DNA of 32,000 nt from assembly GCF_900083515.1 (NCBI RefSeq), contig NZ_LT671858.1:1170001-1202000 (forward strand), written 5' to 3'. Position 1 is the stretch's first letter, and every line of letters starts with the position of its first letter. Source of the DNA: Cuniculiplasma divulgatum (GTDB lineage Archaea > Thermoplasmatota > Thermoplasmata > Thermoplasmatales > Thermoplasmataceae). A program made the position numbers and the translations under genes. The notes under the pieces were generated by a model. It was not told where the DNA came from. It was given only the letters and a program-made list of their open reading frames with translations, and did not search any database. Positions 24,270 through 32,000 of this stretch are shown piece after piece.

Positions 24270-24470
24270 GTGCAGTCAAGGACTAAGAGAGATTTTATTA
24301 TTTCAACCACATTTTCCTTACCGTTAGTATTATTGTTGGCATCAGTTACCATACCAGCCAACAGATTTGATAGAATCGCCTTCCTGTCAGCCTGGTCTGC
24401 CATTTTTATCGTATTACTGAGCTTTTATATATTGAAATACGGTAAGGTAAGAAAGAAACCTACAAAGTGA
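24270..24470 (+). CDS. Possible small membrane protein, 66 aa (GTG start)
   Basis: A track ORF with two hydrophobic segments and a basic C-terminus, lying between two tRNA genes. Weak support. Confidence 0.3.
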   Translation: MQSRTKRDFIISTTFSLPLVLLLASVTIPANRFDRIAFLSAWSAIFIVLLSFYILKYGKVRKKPTK

Positions 24471-24540
24471 GAATAATTAACAGTAAAACTATTACACTAT
24501 TGGAAAAGTTTAAGTGAAATTTTAACATTGGCTTTCTTAA

Positions 24541-24614
24541 GGGGTTGTAGCTTAGCTAGGTAGAGCGCCTGGCTCATAACCAGGTGGTCATTGGTTCGAA
24601 TCCGATCAGCCCCA
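24541..24614 (+). tRNA. tRNA with CAT anticodon (elongator Met or Ile2; not initiator-like)
   Basis: A 74-nt cloverleaf. Acceptor GGGGTTG/CAGCCCC, anticodon stem CCTGG/CCAGG, loop CTCATAA, T arm ATTGG-TTCGAAT-CCGAT. A G1-C72 pair argues against an archaeal initiator. Confidence 0.9.
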
Positions 24615-25417
24615 TACCAAGTTTTGGGATGTAATTAATATCAAAAGGTGGCGATTTTTTAAAATATTCATCTTAATTTCAGATTGTATTTGTTGCCGGC
24701 AATTCATCATATTTATTTTAAATTTTTATCGAAACTGCGTTTTTATTGTTGAGAAAACAACTTCATTACTTATTCAACCTTCGCTCTTGGAAATGGGGTT
24801 TCTAACTTCTATTCCTGTAACATAAAACAATGAAATCATTTCTGTTGTATTTAATCCATATAAATCTTTTTTCAAGTTGAACAGACTTACGTATCTCAAT
24901 TCAAGCATTAAACATAAGGATTCTGTTTTGGAAATAGTGAAGTTCTATACCTGGAGGGTTAGTCTATTTTTTCAATTTAAAGGAACAGACCTTTAACTCT
25001 CAAACCCTCTTGGATCCTATTTTTTTCATAGTAACGTTAGTATCTTCTTGTATGATGAGTAAGAAATGCGTTATTTCTAGAGAAAGTGGATATGAATTTA
25101 CATCCATATTACCTTTATGATTCCTTCATGTGGACCCTATTTGGTCATTCTCATCATAGTCTTGGTACTTTTATTTCACACAATAGAAATTCGTTTCTTA
25201 CAACATGATGTCCTACATAGAAAAATAACGTGTAAATATATCTAAATTATAACAGTCTTATCCACTAACTTATTCAATATCCCGATTATGTATATTTTCA
25301 TCTAGTCAAATAAAACATATCTTCAGAATATTTGCCCAATATAAATTAAAATGATAGATTTTATATATCTCAATAATAAAATGAGATGAAATGTGTAGAC
25401 TGATAGCAAATTTTACT

Positions 25418-25633
25418 TTATAAATTATTTTTCATGTCTTTATCTGTTTTATACATTGCAAACAGGTAAAATCCAGCGCCGAAAAATGTCGAAGCTACAA
25501 TGGCATAGGATATTAAGGGCCATGAAAATAAATAACCGTATGGAGTCAATAAGGAAATTAAGCTTTCAATCTCCAATGGGAGAGTTAAAATAATAAATAT
25601 TATTGTATATTTTAAAGGAACTTTTTCGTTCAC
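25418..25633 (-). CDS. Small membrane protein, 71 aa (2 hydrophobic segments)
   Basis: A track ORF with an ATGA overlap to the upstream gene. Confidence 0.5.
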   Translation of the reverse strand: MNEKVPLKYTIIFIILTLPLEIESLISLLTPYGYLFSWPLISYAIVASTFFGAGFYLFAMYKTDKDMKNNL

Positions 25634-26427
25634 GGTAATTCACCATTATATACTGTCAATGGATATGAACCATCATCCCTTAAGTAGCTTGGTACATGGT
25701 TATATGGAGAATTTATCCATGCAAACGCAAAAAACAAGAAATTCTCAGAAAAGAAGAATACGCCATTATCACCTCCCCACGCATCATAAAGTCCAATGGT
25801 GGAGGCTCCAACTGCAAATACGACACTTAAAATACCCACACTGGCTAACGCGCTAATCGGAATTCCGGCAGCCATTATTGAGAGTAACAAATCGGTCATA
25901 TCCTGTGTAAATGCGAGTGCGTTTCCATTAGTTCCCCATGAATATATACCCTTTAAATTAACATAAACATAACTTCCTCCTGTGCCTTTTTTGTTTTTGC
26001 TATTCGCACTATTGAATAGGGTTATTGTATTATAGTTTCCGGATAAAGAATATAGTGGGATTATAGTAATATTTCCATTTAATTTTGTGCTGTTAATTAG
26101 CAGTGATCTGTGTATTAATTTACCGTTGAGATAAACGTTCAAAAGCTCACCGGTTACATTATTACTTCCCATATAAAATGTATAATTCATCCTTATTGTA
26201 TTGTTAATTGCTTTGACCCCAGCCACATTAGAAGATTCAGTTCTAAAAGTGGATTTATGACTTACGTTACCTAACTCCTTCAAATAATATTCACGAATAT
26301 AATGCCCTAATTCATGTGTTTGTATCTTATTATCATGAACTGCAGGATTGTAATAAATTAATCCGCCAAAGCCCACCATTAAAATAATCCCGGCAGACAA
26401 GTACGCCATTAAAGTCTTTCTGTCCAT
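25630..26427 (-). CDS. Membrane-anchored, sequon-rich protein with an HExxH motif
   Basis: I trimmed track ORF 25630..26493 (GTG start) to ATG 26427 (MDRKTLMAYLSAGIILMVGFGG...). It has an N-terminal TM segment, HELGH about 20 residues after it, many N-x-S/T sequons and hydrophobic C-terminal segments. Confidence 0.55.
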   Translation of the reverse strand: MDRKTLMAYLSAGIILMVGFGGLIYYNPAVHDNKIQTHELGHYIREYYLKELGNVSHKSTFRTESSNVAGVKAINNTIRMNYTFYMGSNNVTGELLNVYLNGKLIHRSLLINSTKLNGNITIIPLYSLSGNYNTITLFNSANSKNKKGTGGSYVYVNLKGIYSWGTNGNALAFTQDMTDLLLSIMAAGIPISALASVGILSVVFAVGASTIGLYDAWGGDNGVFFFSENFLFFAFAWINSPYNHVPSYLRDDGSYPLTVYNGELP

Positions 26428-26444
26428 AATACTGTTAATAATGA

Positions 26445-26460
26445 ATATATATATATATAT
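26445..26460. repeat. (AT)8 microsatellite in the promoter region of the 25630..26427 gene
   Basis: ATATATATATATATAT lies 18-33 nt upstream of ATG 26427 on the minus strand, where a TATA box for a leaderless transcript would sit. Confidence 0.6.
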
Positions 26461-26665
26461 TTCGAAATCAATCTTTTTTGAATATGTTGCCACAGATGTT
26501 GTATATTTTAAAAGATTATAACCTTAAAAATGAGCTTAAAAATCCTATAATATCATCATATACTCTATTTATACGGATAATCCTCTATTAAATTCTATAT
26601 TATAGATTATTTGAGTTATGGCTTGCATTGGAAATCGTTAAAATAACGGAATGTATACATATATA

Positions 26666-27724
26666 ATGAAGAACTCAAAGCCCTCTCATGAAACAGTGAT
26701 TGAAATTTTGCAAGACATGGGAATGACTGAACTTGAAGCGAATGTATATTCATTTATCTTTAAGAATGGAGGGGCCACATCCAGAGATATATTACGGGCA
26801 TTAGATCTTAGACAGCCTCAGCTTTATGATATTACTTCAGGACTGGAAAGAAAGGGTTTCGTAAATGTAATAGTGGGAAGACCACAGAGGTATGAGGCAA
26901 TTAATCCGGAAATAATATATGAGAACCGTGAAGAAAATTTGAAACAGATGAGGGGCACATTCCTTGACTGGGTAAAGAAAAATGCACCAGCAGGTTATAA
27001 GGGTGAGCCTGAAATTTTTATTTCAAGGAACATTAACGGATTTCTTTCCAATACACTGGATATTATAAAGAAAGCTAATCAATATATCTTCATTCACACA
27101 ACGCTGTCTTACCTTGTAAATTTTCTTGATTATCTGGAGGAAAAATCGAGGCGGGGAGTCAGGGTATTTCTTCTACTATTTGATGATGGTTATGAAGAGG
27201 GCTTTTTTGATGAAATAATGAAGAAAAATATATTTTCTAATGTAAGGTATAAGCGAATCGGTAAATTCTTTGCAGTTATTTCAGATGAAAGTTATTCTGC
27301 GTTTATGCCAAGGAATATCCTTCTTGGAGCAAGGAGTGAACAGTATGGTTACATCTTTAAGGATGATGATATGACCTGGTTTCTCATCCATAACTTCTTT
27401 TCTGGCTGGTTTAGTTCATCGGTAATAGATGAACGCATGCCGGAGATACCTGCTGAATATGATAACCAGAGAATAGCAATTACAGACATTATATCTCTGA
27501 AAAACAAGGGTGTAAACAAAATAGAAGTAACTATCGACGGAGAATACAGAAAAAATGGAGTGCCTGTAATACTCAAAGGCCTGGTTTCTAATATAAATAT
27601 AAATGAAGATGTTGTTAATTTCACTATGAAGGGAAATGATGGCAAGGAGATTTCAATTGGTGGATTTGATTCAAAGATTGAGGATGTTATTGCCCACAGG
27701 ATCACCATTGAGAATATTAAATAA
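26666..27724 (+). CDS. trmB: TrmB-family sugar-responsive transcriptional regulator
   Basis: N-terminal wHTH: MGMTELEANVYSFIFKNGGATSRDILRALDLRQPQLYDITSGLERKGFVNVIVGRPQRYEAINPE. A long effector-type C-terminal domain follows. The track start is 26651; ATG 26666 is an alternative. Confidence 0.8.
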   Translation: MKNSKPSHETVIEILQDMGMTELEANVYSFIFKNGGATSRDILRALDLRQPQLYDITSGLERKGFVNVIVGRPQRYEAINPEIIYENREENLKQMRGTFLDWVKKNAPAGYKGEPEIFISRNINGFLSNTLDIIKKANQYIFIHTTLSYLVNFLDYLEEKSRRGVRVFLLLFDDGYEEGFFDEIMKKNIFSNVRYKRIGKFFAVISDESYSAFMPRNILLGARSEQYGYIFKDDDMTWFLIHNFFSGWFSSSVIDERMPEIPAEYDNQRIAITDIISLKNKGVNKIEVTIDGEYRKNGVPVILKGLVSNININEDVVNFTMKGNDGKEISIGGFDSKIEDVIAHRITIENIK

Positions 27725-29546
27725 TATTCCTTGAGTAAGATACGGCTCGATCGCATACCTCAAAATTGTATAGCCTATTTCTATGCTTCATCCCATTAAT
27801 TCTTAGTCCTTCAAACTCTTCTGGAATGGAAAAGCGTCTGTTTATTTCAAGTTCTTTTCCATTGGGGTAGATACCAAGAAAGTCATAAATAATATTTTCA
27901 ATGAAGAGAGCAGCTGACCATGCCTGAATGAAACAACCAGATGGATTGTTTATAATTTCAGGAAAGCAATAGTTACTGTATCGACCAATGGCATCTATAT
28001 TCATGTGAAGTACCTTGAGTGCATTATTCACGTCTCCATAATTTAGACTTGCCTTTATAAGCATGGAATTCCCATTGGGCATAACGTTTCCATTTTGATC
28101 CACCTTCAGTCCATTTGAGGACATTAATCTTGAAAATGCTTTACTATTTTCAGTTGCGAAATTGGCATAATTCTCCTTACTGGCTAGATTAAAAGAAAAC
28201 GGAAGCACAGATGTCCAGAAACCATTGAACTGTGGTAAGCCGTCTTTATACCTATCTGCAAATCCATTTATCTCTGGCATCCACATATCTTTCCTGATAA
28301 ACCTGGTCTTTTCACGGATCTCCTCTTCTATTTCTTTTACCTCGATCTTATCACTGTGAACAACTGAGTTTATTTTGAGTATGGAGTTCATTGACTCTAT
28401 ATAATTGCACACTGTGTCAATATCAATTCCATTACCCGCTTTTGGATCTTCCATTATTCCATTGCCCCTAACATCATGTAGTATTGCCGGACTTATGGAG
28501 CTAAGAATCAGATCTTCTCTTTCTTTTAAGTGTTCAATATTTACACTATATTCATAGAGGTTCCAAACCATGGTTGGATACACAACAGTTTCCACACGAT
28601 TTCCCATATTGAAAACTCGTCCATTTGAAACTATTTCATGTGGTATTCTTCCACCTTCTTTTCTGGCGTATTTTTCAAGAACCTTGAGAGTATTTTCGTA
28701 CTCATCATTCATACCAGCTATCAGTAATCCTCCTGAACTGTAATATGTGTCAATACCGAATAACCATGGAAACTCAGGGTATCCAGCTACAACTCCTCTA
28801 CCAGTGTTATTCATATTTAAGAACAACCACCTAAGGTTTATGACAGCAAGATCAAAAGCATCGGATATGGATGTGTTTCCTGAGATGGTGGTTTTACTTC
28901 TTAGTGACTCCACAAACTGGTGGCGATAGTTCTCTGCCTCCTTTTTTATGTTAGCTGGTGAAATATTGGTTGATTCATTTCCTTCTATTTTGATATTTAC
29001 TGTTGTGGAATCTTTAGTCTCTATCACAATTCGGTTATTATTATAGGTTAACACGCCATTCCCATCAGAACTAACTGTTATGCTTTGCCTATAGTTCTTT
29101 TCACTTATAATAATAGAGCCTGAAAGTTTGGATATGCTGAAATCTGTATTTAACTGACTGTACCATACTGGTATAACACCTATTTCCAGTATTATCCTAA
29201 CGGGTTCAGTGATTTCTATTTCCTTTGTCAGTTCTATTAAAAAATAATTGTCTCCTGTGGTACTTAATTTTAAGCTTAATTCTCTGAAGCCGAAACTAAC
29301 AGATGTATAATCTGTTGTTACATATTCTGGGATCATACTTCTTCCATTTCTTTCAAGTGCTATCCACTTGAAGATCCTTATGGGAGGAAACCATAGCCCA
29401 TTCATCTCGTTTTCAATGTGATACCCTAGACCTGCAGGCTTCATATCATTGTAACCAATATAGTAAGAACTTCTTCCACTCAGGACGAATGGTTTACCAT
29501 CCTGTTTTTTAGTCCGAGGTAATATATATGTCATTTCAGATCGCAT
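27717..29546 (-). CDS. Amylo-alpha-1,6-glucosidase/GDE_C-like (alpha/alpha)6-barrel glycoside hydrolase, paralogue 1
   Basis: Motifs are GYPEFPWLFGIDTYYS and GGRIPHEI, with size and layout like archaeal-type putative glycogen debranching enzymes. It shares motif order with the upstream paralogue. The exact GH family was not determined. Confidence 0.6.
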   Translation of the reverse strand: MRSEMTYILPRTKKQDGKPFVLSGRSSYYIGYNDMKPAGLGYHIENEMNGLWFPPIRIFKWIALERNGRSMIPEYVTTDYTSVSFGFRELSLKLSTTGDNYFLIELTKEIEITEPVRIILEIGVIPVWYSQLNTDFSISKLSGSIIISEKNYRQSITVSSDGNGVLTYNNNRIVIETKDSTTVNIKIEGNESTNISPANIKKEAENYRHQFVESLRSKTTISGNTSISDAFDLAVINLRWLFLNMNNTGRGVVAGYPEFPWLFGIDTYYSSGGLLIAGMNDEYENTLKVLEKYARKEGGRIPHEIVSNGRVFNMGNRVETVVYPTMVWNLYEYSVNIEHLKEREDLILSSISPAILHDVRGNGIMEDPKAGNGIDIDTVCNYIESMNSILKINSVVHSDKIEVKEIEEEIREKTRFIRKDMWMPEINGFADRYKDGLPQFNGFWTSVLPFSFNLASKENYANFATENSKAFSRLMSSNGLKVDQNGNVMPNGNSMLIKASLNYGDVNNALKVLHMNIDAIGRYSNYCFPEIINNPSGCFIQAWSAALFIENIIYDFLGIYPNGKELEINRRFSIPEEFEGLRINGMKHRNRLYNFEVCDRAVSYSRNII

Positions 29547-31548
29547 TTTCCTTACTTAAATTGATTTGCCATTCATTTTTTTGCATATATTTTGAGATGT
29601 CACTTGCCTCCTTCCTGTTTCCCTTCCGCACTGTAATATTAAAGACTTTATTCCTGAATGGAAAATTAAGCAATTTTACCTCATCCCAGCTTTCAGGTAA
29701 ATGTGGATTCATCATTTCAGAAGGATCATCATCTGTTGGTACTCTTTCAAACCCCAGTAGACCTTCCATTATAGATTGAATGAACAGGCTGGAAGACCAA
29801 CCCTGGAAAAACTGACCCTCTGCATAAAGGAACTCCGGGTTGTAAGTTTCATTAATCCTTCCCGGATCAAGGCTAGAGAAAGCGAGTCTTGTGAACGTTT
29901 CAATCATGTCAAAACCCTCAGTATACATGGAGTTGTTATAAAGTGCCAGTACCATCCAGCCCGTCATCAGGGGCCATATGGTTCCAGTATGATAACCCCC
30001 GTCGTAAAATCTGTCCCTGTTTGATACTGATCGTACTCCCCACTCCGTTACCAAGTCAGGTTGGTATAACCATTTAAGACCTTCACTGAATAAAGAACCA
30101 CTGAAATACATGGCTGGAACTATCTGCATTGCGCCCTTTATATCCCTCGTTTTACCATCATTTGCGGAATCAATAATTGTTATTCCATTTTCTGTAAACC
30201 TGTAAAATAGGTCTTTATAGAGCTTTAGTATGCTTTCAAAACGCCTATTACCTTCTCCATTCATTTGATCAAAGACTCTTATAGCTTCGAGCCACCAGGC
30301 ATTCACATCCACACATATACCGTCCCGTTTTTGTGCCCATGACTCTGGCCATCCGATGAGACCTTCGGAAAAACGATTTTCTATCAGGCCATCCTGATCT
30401 CTGTCGCATGATTTACAGAAATTCATAACATCGCTTATGGTTTTTTCATCAGATTTTTTTCCGGTCCAACCAGAAAGCATATACATGCAAATGATCCATA
30501 GAGGTGAACTATCTATGGACATAAACTGTGTCGATACTGGCGAATCTCCAATTTTATAATTATCACCTTTAATGTGACCTCCATTTGAAAGGGGAATCTC
30601 ATGTGGTATTCTTCCTCCTTTAGAGAATGAATAAAGCATGTCTAAATGATTTTGTGCAAGATCTCCCAATCCACATTCAATCGCAGCCATAGACATCCAT
30701 TCTCCATCTCTTCCGAAAAACCATGAAAATTGAGGTATTCCTGCGTAAAAACCATTTCCAATAGGAGTGGATGTAAATAATTCCAGGAGGTCATGTTTTG
30801 CCCATCTGAATAGTTTATTTATTCTGAATGAGGGAGTAACCAGATTTGATATGGTGTTTGTCTTTTCATTATATTTTATTGAATTTTCAAGATCATTTTC
30901 TTCAGGTAAGGAATCATCGCAAGAAACATAAATATCCAGGAATGAAGTGGAATCTGAACTTATGGTTATCTTCTGATTATCTATGGCGATCTTAGTATTC
31001 CCGTTACTTTTGTAATTTATGGTAGTACTGGCAATACTACTACTAATCCTTATGTATCTTTCATTCACTTTTACCCTGTAATCCTTACCAAAATTGGATT
31101 GTGGCCATGCTGTCTCATGAAGAATCTGTATGTTTATCTCAAAATTGACCAGTTTTTCAGATCTTAACTTCATTTCAAGAATGGCTTTTTTGGAGGCAAT
31201 GAAGTCCAGCCTTTCAAAATCCTCATACTGCCTGTAAATGTATGCAAACCCCCTTACATATTTCAGGAAGGTTTCTTTTTCACTTTTACCATTTACCTTA
31301 ATATCCAGTCCCGATATGTGCTGTGTGTCAAAATTCCACAATCCCACCCTTCTTCTTGGAGAAATCCATGATTCAATGGAACCGTTCTGACCACACACAA
31401 AGTGAACAGGTCCATTCTTGATTACAGAACTATAAAAACCTTCACTTCGTGAAGTATCCCGCTCTACAATCCAGTGATCCATATCTCTTTCGTTGTCACC
31501 GATTTTCAGAGTTCTGCAGATATCCATTATACTCTCAGTTTTTAGCAA
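29536..31548 (-). CDS. Amylo-alpha-1,6-glucosidase/GDE_C-like glycoside hydrolase, paralogue 2
   Basis: Motifs are GFYAGIPQFSWFFGRDGEWM, GGRIPHEIP and the C-terminal EGQFFQGWSSSLFI. Its 3' end overlaps paralogue 1 by 11 nt if ATG 29546 is used. Confidence 0.62.
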   Translation of the reverse strand: MLKTESIMDICRTLKIGDNERDMDHWIVERDTSRSEGFYSSVIKNGPVHFVCGQNGSIESWISPRRRVGLWNFDTQHISGLDIKVNGKSEKETFLKYVRGFAYIYRQYEDFERLDFIASKKAILEMKLRSEKLVNFEINIQILHETAWPQSNFGKDYRVKVNERYIRISSSIASTTINYKSNGNTKIAIDNQKITISSDSTSFLDIYVSCDDSLPEENDLENSIKYNEKTNTISNLVTPSFRINKLFRWAKHDLLELFTSTPIGNGFYAGIPQFSWFFGRDGEWMSMAAIECGLGDLAQNHLDMLYSFSKGGRIPHEIPLSNGGHIKGDNYKIGDSPVSTQFMSIDSSPLWIICMYMLSGWTGKKSDEKTISDVMNFCKSCDRDQDGLIENRFSEGLIGWPESWAQKRDGICVDVNAWWLEAIRVFDQMNGEGNRRFESILKLYKDLFYRFTENGITIIDSANDGKTRDIKGAMQIVPAMYFSGSLFSEGLKWLYQPDLVTEWGVRSVSNRDRFYDGGYHTGTIWPLMTGWMVLALYNNSMYTEGFDMIETFTRLAFSSLDPGRINETYNPEFLYAEGQFFQGWSSSLFIQSIMEGLLGFERVPTDDDPSEMMNPHLPESWDEVKLLNFPFRNKVFNITVRKGNRKEASDISKYMQKNEWQINLSKENAI

Positions 31549-31552
31549 ATTA

Positions 31553-32000
31553 TCACTTTCCTTTCTTATTTTCTACTAGCTTCTCTGGTGGATGAATTTT
31601 CAGTATTGGATTCTTTATTCTCGATCCATCAGGTCCAAACACATAGAACCTTTCTGAATCAACTGAAAATCTCAGTTCAGATCCGGGCTTTAGATCAAAT
31701 ATATCTGTTTTGGTCCTTGATTCTCTTGAAAGTGCTATTGTTATATCATTACTACCCATTTCGACCTTTATCTGTATAACCGACCCAAGAAATTCCAGTG
31801 TTTTGAGAGTTGTTTTTATTTCACCATCAACTACCAGCTTGAAATCCGTCGGTCTGATTCCTATGGTCAGTTTATCTGGCAGATCAGCAGATTCAAATTC
31901 AAGACCAAATGGTGTAGTCTCGTCCTCAGAATCGAGGATGAACATGTGCGGATTGCTGGAATTTTTCACAAAATTAAAAGTATTCATCGCTGGTGAACCT
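31553..32000 (-). CDS. ABC sugar-transporter ATPase (MalK/UgpC-like), C-terminal regulatory domain only; 5' end outside window
   Basis: The frame is open to the window edge and reads GSPAMNTFNFV..., the GSPxMN linker typical of MalK. A TOBE/OB-like C-terminal domain follows (IGIRPTDF...LEFLGSVIQIKVEMG...). Confidence 0.7.
   Translation of the reverse strand, partial: GSPAMNTFNFVKNSSNPHMFILDSEDETTPFGLEFESADLPDKLTIGIRPTDFKLVVDGEIKTTLKTLEFLGSVIQIKVEMGSNDITIALSRESRTKTDIFDLKPGSELRFSVDSERFYVFGPDGSRIKNPILKIHPPEKLVENKKGK

Noticed and set aside
25052-25058. A C-box-like ATGATGA as a possible C/D box sRNA.
   Set aside because: No CTGA D' or D box sits at the required spacing (12 nt guide) and no second C' box follows, so the motif alone is not evidence.
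24541-25417. A second integrated element at tRNA-Met/Ile2.
   Set aside because: I could find no downstream repeat of the tRNA 3' end, and the gap holds no integrase or other MGE gene. I kept it only as a low-interest ORF-free region.
27349-27756. A 135-aa minus-strand ORF inside trmB.
   Set aside because: It is antisense to the TrmB CDS and out of frame with the adjacent glycoside hydrolase, so it is a shadow ORF.

Overview
This looks like a low-GC archaeal chromosome segment. Archaeal Trm56, a TrmB regulator, TATA-type and leaderless promoters and tRNAs without encoded CCA suggest a Thermoplasmata-like host, but the taxon is inference. Left flank: a ridA-family 3' fragment, gdhA, a Zn-dependent alcohol dehydrogenase and tRNA-Gly(CCC). 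The main feature is a ~10.6-kb element integrated into the 3' end of tRNA-Gly. It is bounded by a perfect 14-bp direct repeat, CGGTTTCCGCATAT, at 2933-2946 and 13571-13584. The element carries an intact tyrosine integrase at its right end and a D5/P4-type SF3 helicase replication protein. It also holds a chain of 13 abutting or overlapping plus-strand ORFs (mostly orphans, some RHH/wHTH-like), a 1.9-kb ORF-poor region with palindromes and ~106-nt direct repeats (ori-like or regulatory), and a small DUF5678-like gene coupled to a retropepsin-like aspartic protease. That gene pair is my best candidate for an uncharacterised system. Right of the element lie a membrane protein, a VOC gene with an apparent frameshift, and a minus-strand cluster of MFS, alpha/beta hydrolase, acyl-CoA ligase, KAS-III-like enzyme and TetR, with a convergent SDR. 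A single in-frame TAA separates the hydrolase from the ligase. Further right: msrB-msrA, a wHTH gene, a Trm56-HD fusion, tRNA-Asn(GTT), tRNA-Met/Ile2(CAT), a 0.8-kb ORF-free gap and two membrane proteins. The window ends with a TrmB regulator, two tandem GDE-like glycoside hydrolases and a partial MalK-like ABC ATPase. I saw no CRISPR array, rRNA or IS transposase. All family calls come from motif reading by eye; no database search was run.
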